Assembly: GCF_001194135.2 (NCBI RefSeq)
Contig: NC_068992.1
Coordinates: 339,677-403,676, forward strand
Direction of reading: 5' to 3'
Length of the DNA: 64,000 nt
Source of the DNA: Octopus bimaculoides
Lineage: Eukaryota
Below the pieces are notes generated by a model. The model made no database searches and was not told the origin of the DNA. It worked only from the letters and a program-made list of their open reading frames with translations. Of the stretch, positions 49,623-63,253 are shown one piece after another (position 1 is the first letter of the stretch; each line of letters begins with the position of its first letter). The position numbers and the translations under genes were made by a program.

Positions 49623-52009
49623 GTAAGCGAACATTTAATGCTGTTTTATCTTTGGTTTGGTATGCTAGGCTTATTCCACAGTATGTGTCTAATCTAAGTA
49701 TGTCTTATAGAAGTAGAGAACTATTTTTTTAAAAATAGTTTATTTTCCCATTGTGGTTTATATATTTTAATGTATGGTGAGTGTCCATAGCTTGACAACT
49801 GGTTGGTCTTGTTTGAAGAATTTGTCTTAGTATAATGTCACAGGACAAACCAACTCAGTTAAAGCCTGGCTCTCTTTAACTCTTTTGTATTTAAACCAGT
49901 CCAAAATATCCTATCTATTTTATGTTTAAACCAGCCAGATCTGGCCTCTCACACCTACCCATTCACGAGGCAAAGGCTTTTGTGGATGTGAAACCACTGG
50001 TCACTCTATGACTGGACATTAACTTAACTACTTTTAATTTATATATATATAGATCTTATCCTTTATATAAAAATCAATACACTGCTTCTGTCAGATTTCG
50101 CCAGTGTATGAGACATACCAATCTAAATCCACACTTAAGTGGTTAACATGACAAGAAAGAGAACTGCTTAATCACTATCTTCTGGTGAAATTCTTCCTAT
50201 GATTTAAATGAAAATATTCAAATTTTTTACTCTAAAATTCAAAAAGAAAATAGAAGCCACTTAAGCCACTTCATTTCTGCATTCATAATTAACTTCAGGT
50301 TTAATTTAAATGGATGTTGTAGATGACAAGCTAAAGTTATAGCTTTAGGTTGACCACTGCTGAGCAGATGTGATCAAAATCGTTCCAACATGACCATCCC
50401 ACCTTTTTTTTTCTCCTGCATCATATGTCTCAGATGTATTCAGTTGGTGCTATTTCAGGAAAATTTGACTGCTATTTCCAGCAGGCAGAGTGACTAATGT
50501 CATTAGTCCTGTATACACTTTGACCAAGAGAACATAATTTTAACAGTTTGGAGATATTCTAAGGAGAATGAAAATCTTGGTTATTCGAGTTGTTGATCGA
50601 ATACTTTAACTTGGGTTTTAATTCGAAACAAACCTTTCTGCAAAATTTATCCATGGATAGAACGGATGAACACCTGCTGTCTGCTGTAATGTAACATATT
50701 GTTAATTAAGGATATGTTGATGCGAATAATCTATACTATAAAATCTTCATATAAAGGGTTGGTAGTCAGTGGGAAAGGAAAACCTGAGCATCAGATGTGG
50801 GAAGGGAGTCCCTTATGATTTTGGTTTGGGAGAAAGACTTAAAAAAAAAAAATGTTCTGTCTGGTATTTTGTGGAGTGTGAGAAACAAACTTGGAATCAT
50901 TTGGAAGATGGAAAACATTATCATCCTCTTTTAATGTCCACTTCCCAAGCTGGATAGTTTGACAGGGAACAAGCAGGCTGCAGGGCTGCATTGAACTTTA
51001 GTGTCATATTTGGCATGGTTTCTTTTGCTTGGTGCCCTTCCTAGAGCTAACCGTTTCAGCATGTAACTTGCAAGCAAGAAAAGAAGAGAGAAAAAGTAAA
51101 AGAGCTCTCACATAAATATGATTGGATTAGTTTTAAAAGGGTCGGGGAGAGGGAACAACACACTTGGATGGTCAGGTGATGGTTGTTATTTTAGTCCTAG
51201 ATATTTCTGATTGGGCAGATCAAAAGTCGTTCAAGTCTTTATCATTTTAATCTTTGATTAAATTATTCAGTACTACATAATTCTGAATCCATATGTATCC
51301 TTCCTATTTGTAGATAGCAGGGTGTGAGCAGATGGGTATGTGGCAGCTATTTCCAGCACCTCCAGCCACCACATATATGCCTTCTCTTTTAGTGTGTAAA
51401 AGTATACTGATCAGACAATATTTTTAGGACGTGTGTGTACTACACTAGATGCAATGTACCAAATGAGTTGGCTGTAATTTTCTGTAGGAGGGCATAAGTA
51501 GCTGAGTCAATCAGCTGTAACATCTATTTAAGAGAAGAGCAGCTTATATTCTCTCATTAGCAGTGTGTATGTTGGAAAGAGACTTGACTTTTATTTGGCC
51601 CTGGTCACATGGCTATAAATAAGGACTACAGAGTAGGAATAATTCCCTGCTTTAACCAACAGCACTGTCAAATCAATTCATACTTCCTAAGTTTGCCAAG
51701 TGATAGACTGGCATAACATCCAGTTGTCTCCCTCTACTTAACAGTGCAAGGAGCAGAGTGGGGTACCACAGGGGTTTCATGAAAGAGACACACCGGCGTG
51801 CTAACGTCTCTGATGAGGGAATGTTGAATAATGTAATCCTGGCTATATTGCAAGAGGATGGTCATGACTGGAACACTATTGATCAGATCTGCTTGGTCAT
51901 GGCTGACCTACAGTCAAATAGCATCAACAAATGAAAGTAGAATACTGATGATGATGGTGATGATGACAATGATAGTGATACCATCTCTTGTTTTTCTCTT
52001 TAACCTTAG

Positions 52010-52202
52010 CATTATAACTGATGCACAAGAATGGAGGTATTTCAAGTCACAGACCAATGTGACCACCCCAGTGGAAGAGGATATGTTTATTGAGAACAAC
52101 GTGGATGGGAAATGGAAGCAGATACTGATGAGACCCAAGGAAGAAATACATATTCCATTCAAGTTGCAGAGTTTTACTGCTGATCATTCAGTACATCCAC
52201 AG
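52010..52202 (+). CDS. NPHP4: NPHP4 exon (IITDAQEWRYFKSQTNVTTPVEEDMF...HIPFKLQSF...HPQ)
   Basis: ccttag| acceptor, CAG|gtaagt donor; resembles human VIVDSQEWRDFK..TPVEEDMF..HVPFKFQSF. Confidence 0.97.
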
Positions 52203-52229
52203 GTAAGTGGAACCAAAATGGATATTTAT

Positions 52230-52970
52230 TTTCAGTGGATGGAGAAGGTTTTTACTAATGTTGATTGCATTCTAGAATGGTCAGACATCCTTTTATTCTT
52301 TGTTCTCAGGGAAATGATTTTCATTCTATGAATCAATCTCTTTTAAGTCATTAACAAAGTACAGCTGCAGAAAAGAAGACCCTTCATTGGGAAGAGTTGA
52401 AGGAAATCAGTTTTGGGGCAGATTTTTCCTTTAACTTTTAAAGTTGGTAGGAATTCCTCTTCTCTGAAGATGTTGGTCTCAAAAGAAGCCATTTGGAAAG
52501 CAATTATATTTTCTGATATTCTTCAAAAGATGTATGAATTTCTCTGCTGCAGCAGTTAGAAGCTGTTTTAGAGGCTTCGGAAGATCAACAATGACTGTTA
52601 GATTAAATTTTTTAGTGGAATAGCACATTTTGTTTGTCTCTTGTTTCCATTTATTGTCTAAACATTTGTCATATCTTTTGGACATGGTACCAATTGAAAC
52701 TATTTTTTCAGAAGCATGGTCGTGTACAGGATTATAGTTGAAGGTACCTCTTTTCTACAACTTAAGGTGTGTGTGTGGCCAGAATTTTGTCTCTGCTTGT
52801 GTTGTTCTTTGTGCTTTCTATCTGGTTCTCTTGTGGGGTCTCATGGTATTTATGTGCAACCTGTCTGAAAGCAATGGTTTGAAGGTGAACTTGTTGTTCA
52901 TCAGGCACCTCCAAGGACAGCCAGACTGGTTGCATTCTGTTTACAGTAAGTGACACACTCTCTACCAATC
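52230..52970 (-). mobile_element. Helitron Rep/helicase N-terminal relic
   Basis: Minus frames give YNPVHDHASEKIVSIGTMSKRYDKCLDNKWKQETNKMCY..PKPLKQLL..KNIRKYNC/FQMASF..PTLKVKG../LPNEGSSFLQLYF. This matches the Helitron pattern IG.M...C..C.A.KW..E..MCC..YNS.FQMTSF..FLQIYF, with frameshifts. Confidence 0.85.
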
Positions 52971-53635
52971 TTTAATTTCTTGTGAGCAGCATTTGCTTAC
53001 AGTTTTTGCTAATGCTGTTAATTTGTTGCCCTCAATACCCCCTTGCATCTGATAGTGGAAGACATAGGTGGGACACATTTTTCCTGTGCTACTATTGATG
53101 GAAGCAAATTATTAAAAGAGCAATTGTGTGTGTCTCTGTTCCTGTTATATCAGGAAAGGAAAACATTTTTATGGAGAAGAAAAAAGAAAAAAGAAAACAT
53201 TGAAGAGTCTACACAAACATTAATGTTGTAGAATGAAATTATCACTGTCTGCTGCTGACCTGTGGCTATTAATTTAAAGAGAAATTGTAAAAATGTGATT
53301 TCAAGAAATGTAAGACATAAATAATTTGAGTGACAGAATGTATGGAAATGTAAACAAAGTGTTTTTGTGATATTTCTTTAAATAAAATAACTTTTGATGT
53401 CAAACCTCTGAAGACAATGGCAAGTTTTTATGAGGAACTGTTGAGAAGGGAGAGGGAGAAATGATGAAAGTAAAGTTGTTAGGGAAAGAGGGAAAAGTAA
53501 GAAGAGAAACGGATAAAGTCTAGCTACAAGAAAACTGTTTGCCTCTTCCCCATTCTCTGCTCCTTTTTGCTGTGCATTATTTCTTTTTCCTGCTTTTGTT
53601 CCTTGTGCTTCAGATGTTGGAAAATTTTGATGAGG

Positions 53636-53675
<40 letters not shown>

Positions 53676-54120
53676 GAATATAAATGAATGAGAAAGCAGA
53701 ATGGGAGGAGAAGAGAAACATAGAAAGTCTAAAGAGTGGCAGCAGTGGATGAACAAATGGTTGTTACATAAAAATGAGAGGTTGGGAGGGGAATTGGACA
53801 CCACACACACACACACACACAGACAGACAATCTCTTATATATATTGTGTATGTGGTTAAGAGGTTTGCTTTCCAGTCATATCGTTTTGCGTTCAAATCCC
53901 ACTGCATGGTACCTTGAGCAAGTGCCTTCTACATATTATTGTACATGAATAGCATTATTTCCAATAATCTGTTAAAACATATCTGGCCATGGTGAAATAT
54001 TACCTTGCTTGGAAACAGGTAAAGATTGGTAACAGGAAGGACATCCAGCTGTAGAAAGTCTGCTTCGATAAATTCCATGGAAAAGTGGATGCTAAAATAA
54101 TGATGTTATATAAACATGCA

Positions 54121-54870
54121 TGTCATCATCATCATCATCATCTTTATTTAACATCTGTTTTCCCTGCTGGTGTGGCTTGGATGGTTTGACCAGAGCTGGT
54201 AAGGCCACGGGCCTCACCAGGCTCCATTGTCTGTCCTGGCATGGTTTCTACAGATGGATACCCTTCCAAATGCCAACCACTCCACAGAGTGTACTGGGAA
54301 CTTTTTATGTGGCACCATCACCAGTGCTTTTAATGTGGCACCAGCACGAGTACAGTTTATGTGGCACCAGCACGAGTACAGTTTATGTGGCACCAGCACT
54401 GGTATCAATTCTGCTGGGGTGGACAGGTCTTCTTGTGTACAACAATGCGCCAAATATCTCGGTCCTTAGTCACCTCTTTCGTAAGGCTCAATGTCTTGAG
54501 ACTGGCCTTCAGTACTTTGTCCCATGTCTTCCTGGGTCTCCCTCTTCCACAAATTCCAACCATTTTAAGTGATTGGCACTTCTCTATGCAACTGTTCTCA
54601 TTCATACACACCACATGACCAAAACAGCGCAGTTTTCTCTCTTGCACACTGCATCTACATAATTCCTCTTATGGCCAGCTTTTCCCTCAATATTCTAGCA
54701 CTTTGTTGCACATGCACAATGACATTGCATATCCAGCGAAGCAGACTAGCTTCATTCCTCTCAAGCATATGCATATCTTCTGCATTCAGGGCCCACATCT
54801 TACCTACCATGTTGCACTGCTGATCATATACATGCATCATACAATCTTCCCTTCCTTTCATTCGGAGAGA
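54121..54870 (-). mobile_element. RTE-clade LINE 3' fragment with 3' UTR and (GAT)n tail
   Basis: LERNEASLLRWIC..KLRCFGHV..GRGRPRKTW, followed by the abundant TTGGCRTTAGGAAGGGCATCCAGCTGTAG 3' UTR sequence. Confidence 0.9.
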
Positions 54871-56560
54871 GAGATCTTTTGAGCTAGGCTATAATAGAAG
54901 ACACTTGCCCAAGGTGCCATGCAGTGGGACTGAACCCAGAACGATGTGGTTGGGAAGTAAGCTTCTTACCACACAGTTATGCCTGCTCCTGTGTATCTGT
55001 TAGAAAGGGACATTACAAAAGCCCCTCTGTATGAACTAAGTCTGTCTCCTTCCATATTGGTTGAAATTGATATTTAAACCTTTATTCTATGGAAGTAGTT
55101 TAATTTAAATATTTGTTGTTTTAGTTTTAAAATACACTAAAATGACTTATATACCGAAAGAAGACTTACCAATTTATTACACTGTAGCTTGTCCTTGTGA
55201 GAAAGTTCTTACAACCATACAAAAACAAAACAATTTTGAATAAAACATTATCTGTCAAAATGAACACATTTGGAATATTATTTTGTATCGATTTATAATT
55301 GATACAATGAAAGAAAGAAAGATATTATTGTGCTTATTAAGAAGGTGGCAATAATATTAAGAATGTGAATTTACATCTCACTTTAATGATCTAATGGTTG
55401 AATTTGTTTTCTAAAAAAAAAAATAAAGAAGATAAACCTTGTAATTGTAGACTTATTGAAATGTATAGAAAATATTTATAAAATAAAAGATGAACTGCAA
55501 ACTTGCTGACACCTTCATATGAATATTTGATAAATCTATGTCCATGTTAAAGAATATGTATTGTTTATTGTGTGTGAATTTATAGACTAAGATAATTATA
55601 TAGGTAAATGTCAGGTTGACTTGAATTTATGGGAGATTGTGGCAGTCGCTTATGAGCATATATATGTAGAGATATATGTATGCGTTTTAATATATAAATA
55701 TATATGTAGGTATGTGTGTGTGTGAGGGTGTAGTATATATATATGTATGCGTATGTATGTGTGTGAATGTATACTTAAGAAAGATACACAAAGTGAATGA
55801 TTGTATTATATATAATCACAAGAGTTTTTTTTTTCCAGTCAGTTTAGATGGTGATGGAGATGTATGAAAAATTATTCTATGTTAAAATTTTAGATTTTAA
55901 GTTTCGTGACATAGAAATGTTTTGTCTCCTTTTAGAATTATTTCTTTTGGTGTGTTTTAAACAAGTAGTATCAACGCTTGAATTAAACTTCTTACGTAAA
56001 ATAGACAGACAACTTATTGATTGTTTAAATATTCTGACCAGTGTTTTAATAAACAAACTTACTGAATATTTACTTGCTGGTTTGAGTAATGTTCCTTATA
56101 TTAAAATTTTATGTTTTAAACTATTTTCATAAACAACTGTCTACGTAACATAATGTATACACACCACTGAGAGGCCAGTTACTGTTTTGGTATGGTTTCT
56201 ACAGCTGGACACCCTTCCTATTGCCACCCACCTTACAGAGTGTACTGGCTGCTTTCTATGGATTAGACAATCACCAATGTTGGGAAAAGGCCCCAAAAGG
56301 TCAAAATGCTTCTGGTCCTTTTGCTGGCCACTGCTGGGGTAATTCTATCTGTTATTTGTGACTTTAACGCAGCAAGTTCATAAGATATGGTATTTCAGGA
56401 CAAGTATTGCCGTATGTGGTCTGTTAACAATGTGTACACATTGAGTATGTTATATAAATGGCTATTTTAATTAAATACTACCTAAATTACATATACTGTA
56501 TTTCATAAATGATAAATTTAGAACTAAATGGTTTTATTAGAAAGTTCAACCATTTATGCA

Positions 56561-56946
56561 CAGGCATGGCTGTGTGGTAAGAAGTGTACTTTCCAACTGC
56601 ATGATTCTAGGTTCAGTCCTACTGTGTGGCATATGTCTTCTACTATAGTTTTGGGCCAACCAAAGCCTTGTGAGTGGATTTGGTAGACGGACTCTGAAAG
56701 AAGCCCATTGTATATATATGTGTGTGTATGTATGTGTCTGTTTGTTCCCCTCCCCCACCACTTGACAACTGGTGTTGGTGTGTTTATGTCTCTGTAATTT
56801 AGTAGTTTGGTGGAAGAGACTGACAATAAATACCAGGCTTAAAAAAACAAAAAAAAGTACTGAGGTCTGTTCATTCGACTAAAATTCTTTAATGTGGTGC
56901 TCCAGCATGGCTGCAGTCGAATGACTGAGACTACTAAAAGATAAAA
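56561..56946 (+). mobile_element. SINE family A, full length
   Basis: Same head, core and tail as 37977-38358. Confidence 0.88.
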
Positions 56947-57200
56947 AGAAAAAGATGAGATCATTCAAGTGAAATCTTGATTTACGTTCTTAGAAATTCT
57001 TTTACCCTCTGAATTCTAACCGCTTCCTATTGCTTTCCGTCCTTCTTTGTTTAGAGTAGAAGCTGAGACCAGATTTTCCAAAAATGCTCATTTGACTGAA
57101 AACATTTTCTTCAATCTAGGCTGTTCTATTTGTGTGGCCATAGAATTTTACTCAAGAAGAAAGTACACTATAAATAGGTTTATTCTAGATTTATTATTAA

Positions 57201-57234
<34 letters not shown>

Positions 57235-57808
57235 TTTATTTTATTATTATAGTTAAACTTGATAGTGGTAAATAGATACAAAATCTTATTCTACCTAGTT
57301 GGCAAAATTTTAAATTTAATGATACTTAATTGGGAAGTCGTCTTTCATTATAGAGATATTTTATCATGTATAAACGAGTAGTATGAATATTTTAATAAAA
57401 CTTCTGACATGAGATCAAGATAACTTATTGATGGCTTAAATATTTATTTTGATTGGAGTCTAGCTAGACAAACTTATTGAATTTTTACTTTTCGGTTTGA
57501 ATAATGTTCGTTTTATAAGAAATTTATCTTTTATTGTTAAAATTATTTCAAAATTCGTTTTGCAAATACTAACTTAATCTATAAATATAAGGGTTTCTTT
57601 AAAATAAATTTAGCTTTGAGATTAGTTCAAGTGAGATGATGGTTCTTATTCTTATTAAGACCCCCCCCCCTCTGCTTAATAGCTTATAACACCTAGAACA
57701 TCTTATTCCTCTCTCCTTGTTTTCATAATAAAGTAATTCTAAATAATATTCAAAATGCAACATTTCAAATAGATACCTTTGTTAATCTAAAACCAAGGTT
57801 TCACTTAA

Positions 57809-58008
57809 CCCTTTCAATACCAACCCGGTTGAAACTGGCTCTGACTCAGTAGTACAGATGTTTTGTTTTCATAAGTTTTGAATTAAAATCTTCCATCAAA
57901 CCTTAGTCACAATTTATGTTCCTAACAATAGCTTAATGATAACTAAGTTATTTTACTAAATTCTTTGTTATATTTAGAATTAATTGAAAGAAACACAGAG
58001 CATCTCAA
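57809..58008. mobile_element. piggyBac-type MITE, 3'-truncated third copy
   Basis: TTAA|CCCTTTCAATAC start; body matches 5628-5830. Confidence 0.8.
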
Positions 58009-58305
58009 CAGAAATATCTTTCTTTTTATCTTCCTTCCTTCCTTCCTTTCTTTCTTTCTTTCTTTCTTTCTCTGTATATTCTGGCTTTATAGTTTATTCC
58101 AATGCGTCCCTGACTCATATAAGTTGGCTGTTTTAGTTCCCTTGTGTGGCACAGTTAGCAAGAGGAAGGGTCCAGCCATAAAACACTGCCTCAGAAAACC
58201 CTTCCAGTTTATGCCAGCATGGAACCCCCCCCCCCCCAAAAGTGGGCATAAAACGATGATGGTTGTGAGTGTACGTGTGTATGTTTGTACAATAATGCCT
58301 CAATA

Positions 58306-58551
58306 TACAGGTTAATTTGTTCCCGGGGATTTCTTGTAAAGTGAAAACTTGTAAAGCAGAGTAATAATATTTACCATAGTAGCAATGAAATTTTATGCCA
58401 TCGTTTTACTCCATCGTTGTGTAGATGCATCAGAACCAGTGTTGGCACACGTTGCGACGTTGCCACACACACAAAATGGCTGTTTAACCTTTTTATATTC
58501 ATTATAAAATGAAACTCGTAAACCCAGGGTCTCGTAAAGTGAGGTTTTACT
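58306..58551. mobile_element. Possible Tigger/pogo-type MITE
   Basis: TA|CAG start and CTCGTAAAGTGAGGTTTTACTG|TA end, with repeated CTCGTAAA/CTTGTAAAG subterminal motifs; the left repeat looks partly deleted. Confidence 0.5.
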
Positions 58552-58639
58552 GTATATGCATATGTTTAAGCATTTCTGTCTGTATGTTTAAGCATATGTA
58601 TTTGTTCTTATACATTTCTCATATGTTATGACATGAAGA

Positions 58640-58850
58640 TGGTGAGCTGGCAGAATCGTTAACACACTGGGCGAAATGTTTAGCAGTATTTCGTCTGTCT
58701 TTATGTTCTGAGTTCAAATTCCGCTGAGGTCGACTTTGCCTTTCATCCTTTTGGGGTCGATGAATTAAGTACCAGTTGTGTACTGGTGTTGATCTCATCG
58801 ACTGGCCCCCTCCCCCAAAATTTTGGGCCTTGTGCCTAAAGTAGAAAAGT
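58640..58850 (+). mobile_element. tRNA-derived SINE family B (full-length representative)
   Basis: GGTGAGCTGGCAGAA head, GAGTTCAAATTC B-box, core GGTCGACTTTGCCTTTCATCCTTT(C)GGGGTCGAT (recalls Meta/Sauria-type SINE cores, from memory). About 20 copies, e.g. 2185-2400, 9305-9450, 18816-19055(-), 23285-23495, 29575-29820(-), 33745-33878(-), 47155-47370, 60650-60785(-). Confidence 0.88.
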
Positions 58851-58955
58851 ATATGTTATGGCATGATATACAAATATATAAGTTCAACCGTTTTTCTGTG
58901 AATGCATTATATCCATCTGTCCACCCACACAGCACACGTTTTCACACATGTATAT

Positions 58956-59069
<114 letters not shown>

Positions 59070-62069
59070 GGAGAGAGAGAGAGAGAATGAAACTGGGGGT
59101 ATGTATCTTCAAAATTTGCATTATCTTGTTCTGATTCTCTTCTTTGTAATTAACGAAATTACAATGATTCTTGATTACAAGATTGTGAGGTTCCCGATGA
59201 TTGTGTGCCAATGGAAGAGTGCTTAATACCTTGGTGACAACATAGAGTCACAATGACTGACTGAAATATTAGTTAATGAGAAACCATCAGAAATCAATAC
59301 ACGCACTGTCAACACTCTAAAATTAACGCTCTCTGCCTTCAGACAATCATTCTAAACAACGACAGAGATGCAAGCAGAAGTGGTTCCTCCTCCTCTCTTT
59401 ACTGTTAATGCAAAATGACTGACAGAATTAAAGAGTAACTATTAATGAAAGAGTGCAACATGTTTAGAAGAAAATGCATTGTTGTCAGTCATCTGGTTGT
59501 GGTTGTAGTCAACGGTTTCCTAGTTAAGTGCATAGGTGATGATGATGATGATGGTGATGATGGTAATGATGGTAGTGATAATAATTATGATGCTGGTGAT
59601 GATAATGATGCTGGTGACGATAGGCAGCGGTAGTGGTGGAGTGATGATAACGGTGAAATGAGAAATTATCAAAGAAGTTCCATACTACTCCCTCTAGAAA
59701 CAGTCATCTCTTACCATGATAGAGGTGGTGGTGNNNNNNNNNNNNNNNNNNNNNNNNNNNNNNNNNNNNNNNNNNNNNNNNNNNNNNNNNNNNNNNNNNN
59801 NNNNNNNNNNNNNNNNNNNNNNNNNNNNNNNNNNNNNNNNNNNNNNNNNNNNNNNNNNNNNNNNNNNNNNNNNNNNNNNNNNNNNNNNNNNNNNNNNNNN
59901 NNNNNNNNNNNNNNNNNNNNNNNNNNNNNNNNNNNNNNNNNNNNNNNNNNNNNNNNNNNNNNNNNNNNNNNNNNNNNNNNNNNNNNNNNNNNNNNNNNNN
60001 NNNNNNNNNNNNNNNNNNNNNNNNNNNNNNNNNNNNNNNNNNNNNNNNNNNNNNNNNNNNNNNNNNNNNNNNNNNNNNNNNNNNNNNNNNNNNNNNNNNN
60101 NNNNNNNNNNNNNNNNNNNNNNNNNNNNNNNNNNNNNNNNNNNNNNNNNNNNNNNNNNNNNNNNNNNNNNNNNNNNNNNNNNNNNNNNNNNNNNNNNNNN
60201 NNNNNNNNNNNNNNNNNNNNNNNNNNNNNNNNNNNNNNNNNNNNNNNNNNNNNNNNNNNNNNNNNNNNNNNNNNNNNNNNNNNNNNNNNNNNNNNNNNNN
60301 NNNNNNNNNNNNNNNNNNNNNNNNNNNNNNNNNNNNNNNNNNNNNNNNNNNNNNNNNNNNNNNNNNNNNNNNNNNNNNNNNNNNNNNNNNNNNNNNNNNN
60401 NNNNNNNNNNNNNNNNNNNNNNNNNNNNNNNNNNNNNNNNNNNNNNNNNNNNNNNNNNNNNNNNNNNNNNNNNNNNNNNNNNNNNNNNNNNNNNNNNNNN
60501 NNNNNNNNNNNNNNNNNNNNNNNNNNNNNNNNNNNNNNNNNNNNNNNNNNNNNNNNNNNNNNNNNNNNNNNNNNNNNNNNNNNNNNNNNNNNNNNNNNNN
60601 NNNNNNNNNNNNNNNNNNNNNNNGGCTAGTTAATTACATTAACCCGAATGCTCAGCTATTATTTCAGTGACTCAGAAAAGATGAAAGGCCAAGTCAACCT
60701 CAGTGGAATTTGAACTCTGAATCTGAAGCTGGAAGAACTGTTGCTAAGAATTTTGTCTGGTGTGCTAACGATTCCGCCAGCTCGCTACATTAATAATAAA
60801 ATAGAAGAGTGTTTGGAATACAAATGACTCCTGGAAATTAAAATGTTTATTATATTTGAAATTTATCATTGCTGAGTCCCAGGTCAGTCCCAATCAAGTA
60901 GATTTATGACCACAGGTATTCCACGTGTGACCAGTGTCATGTTTTTATCTAGATAATATATCTAGTACTGGATTATTCAAAGTGCCCACTTTTTTTTTAA
61001 GATGGGGAGAAATATGGCTGCTATTTCTAGCAGGTCAAGCAATCTTGTAGAGGCTTCTACAAAGTATATTGAAGATAGAGGAAGTCCAAATTTTAACAGT
61101 TGACTCTGCTTTAATTCTTCGGCACCAGTCATGTACTAGGTTCAATTCCATTAACAAAATTCCTCCTTTATAGAAATAGCCATGGGCCAATAGAAGAAGA
61201 AATCATTTATTGAAAACTGTAATTACATAAAGTAAAAGCTATTTGCCAACATAATGTGGCTGTCCTGGAAGGGACGATTGTTACTGTTGTTTAACCCCAG
61301 GAAACATCATTTCCAGCTGGCAATATGACACAATATCTGTGTCATATTCACTCACAACGCTTTGGTCGGCCTGAAGCTATAGTAGAAGACACTTGCCCAA
61401 GGTGCCATGCAGTGGGATTGAACCCAGAACCATATGGTTGGTAAGCAAGCTGCTTACCACACAGCCACTCCTGTGCCTAAGTACATTATGTAACAAATAT
61501 TTTTTGAAATTTCATACTTTACTGTCTGTGTGTATATATATATATCTGTATGCATATATGCGTGCACACACACACACACATATATATATACATATACATA
61601 CATGCACATGTGTGTGTGTGTGTATTTAACACTTCAAGAGCCAACAGTTTTTATGTTTCTAACGCTGCTAATGCATCCATATATATAGATATAATGGCTG
61701 CTGTATTTTTCCGTATCGTTTTATTTTGCTTTTCAGTTTTGTTTGTTTGTTAACTCTTATTGTATCAATATTCTTCGATGATATATTTTCTGACAGTGTT
61801 TAAACGGATATTTTCTTCTAACAGTAAATGTATCTAAAATTTTCACTTGTTATGGTAAAGCAAGAATTTGAAATATTTTGAATAAAGTATTTCTTTCTAT
61901 TATTCTATTTTCTGGAATGGTACTCTATTGATATTGCAACCAGTGAGCAGGAATCTTGGAATTATGCATTGCATGAACTGTCTTCTTAGCTGTATTTCTC
62001 CAATTGTAATATATCGCAGTGTGTTCTTAATAGATTGTTACATGTTGATTTTTGAGACAATATTTTATA

Positions 62070-62283
62070 AGGGGGTGCTGAGAAGTTCCTGGCTTTAAGG
62101 GTGTTGCGAAAGACCTGGCTGGGGGCCTAAACTCCGAGTTCTTTCACAGGGCTTAGAAAAACTGAAGGACCGCTGTAATAAGTGTGTGAATCTGAGAGGG
62201 GAATATGTGGGATAAAATCATAATTAACTGATCCTCCTGTATTTTCTTTTACCCAAAGCCAGGAACTTTTCAGTAGCCCCTTG
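62070..62283 (+). mobile_element. Internally deleted mariner (MITE)
   Basis: TA-flanked inverted repeats GGTGCTGAGAAGTTCCTGGCTTT / AAAGCCAGGAACTTTTCAGTAGCC; retains a mariner C-terminus-like remnant (RCNKCVNLRGEYV). Confidence 0.8.
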
Positions 62284-62700
62284 TAGGCATCTTGGGAACA
62301 TTGGGAACAGTATCAGAAGGCATCAAGCGGAATATCAAGGGAATTGGAACTGTGGGCCCAGTAGAACCGTTAGAAAAGTCTCTCACACTCTGGAATCATT
62401 TCTCTCTTTTAGTCTGTCTTCTTTCCTTCCTTCTCTCTTTTTTCTTTCTTACTCCCTCTTTCCTTCCTTCCTTCCTTTCTTTTTCTCCCCTTTTCTTTCT
62501 TTTTTCTCCCTTTTCTTTCTTTCTTTCTCCCACTTCCACTTTCTTTCTGTTTTTCTTTACCTTCCTTCCTTTCTTTCTTTCTTGCTAAAGGTGGTGCTCC
62601 ACCGTGGTCACAGTCAAATAGCTGAAGAAAGTAAAAGAATAAAAACTATGCCATTTTAATGCCCAGCAACACCTGGTATCTCTGCCAGTGTATATATAAT

Positions 62701-63060
62701 AGGCGCTGGAGTGGCTGTGTGGTAAGTAGCTTGCTTCCCAACCACATGCTCCCAGGTTCAGTCCCACTGCGTGGCACCTTGGGCAAGTGTCTTCTACTAC
62801 AGCCTCTGACTGACCAGAGCCTTGTGAGTGGATTTGGTAGACGGAAACTGAAAGAAGCCTGTCGTATATATATGTGTGTATGTTTGTGTGTCTGTGTTTG
62901 TCCACCCACCATACCTTGACAGCTGATGTTGGTATGTTTACATTCCCATAACTTAGTGCTTTGGCAAAAGAGACCGATAGAATAAGTACTAGTCTACAAA
63001 GAATAAGTCCTTGGGTTGATTTGTTTGACTAAAAGGGTGGTGCTCCAGCATGGCCGCAGT
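62701..63060 (+). mobile_element. SINE family A, near full length
   Basis: Same head and core; another copy follows at 63587-63945. Confidence 0.88.
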
Positions 63061-63222
63061 AAAGGTTGGCATCAGGAAGAGCATCCAGTTGTAGAATACT
63101 GCTGCAAGAAGTAGTTGTCTAGTCTGTGTCAGCGTGGAAATAGCGGATTTAAGAATGATGATGACGATGATGATGATGATGATGATTCGTGTATGTGTGT
63201 TAGAGTGTGTTACAGTGTGTTT

Positions 63223-63253
<31 letters not shown>

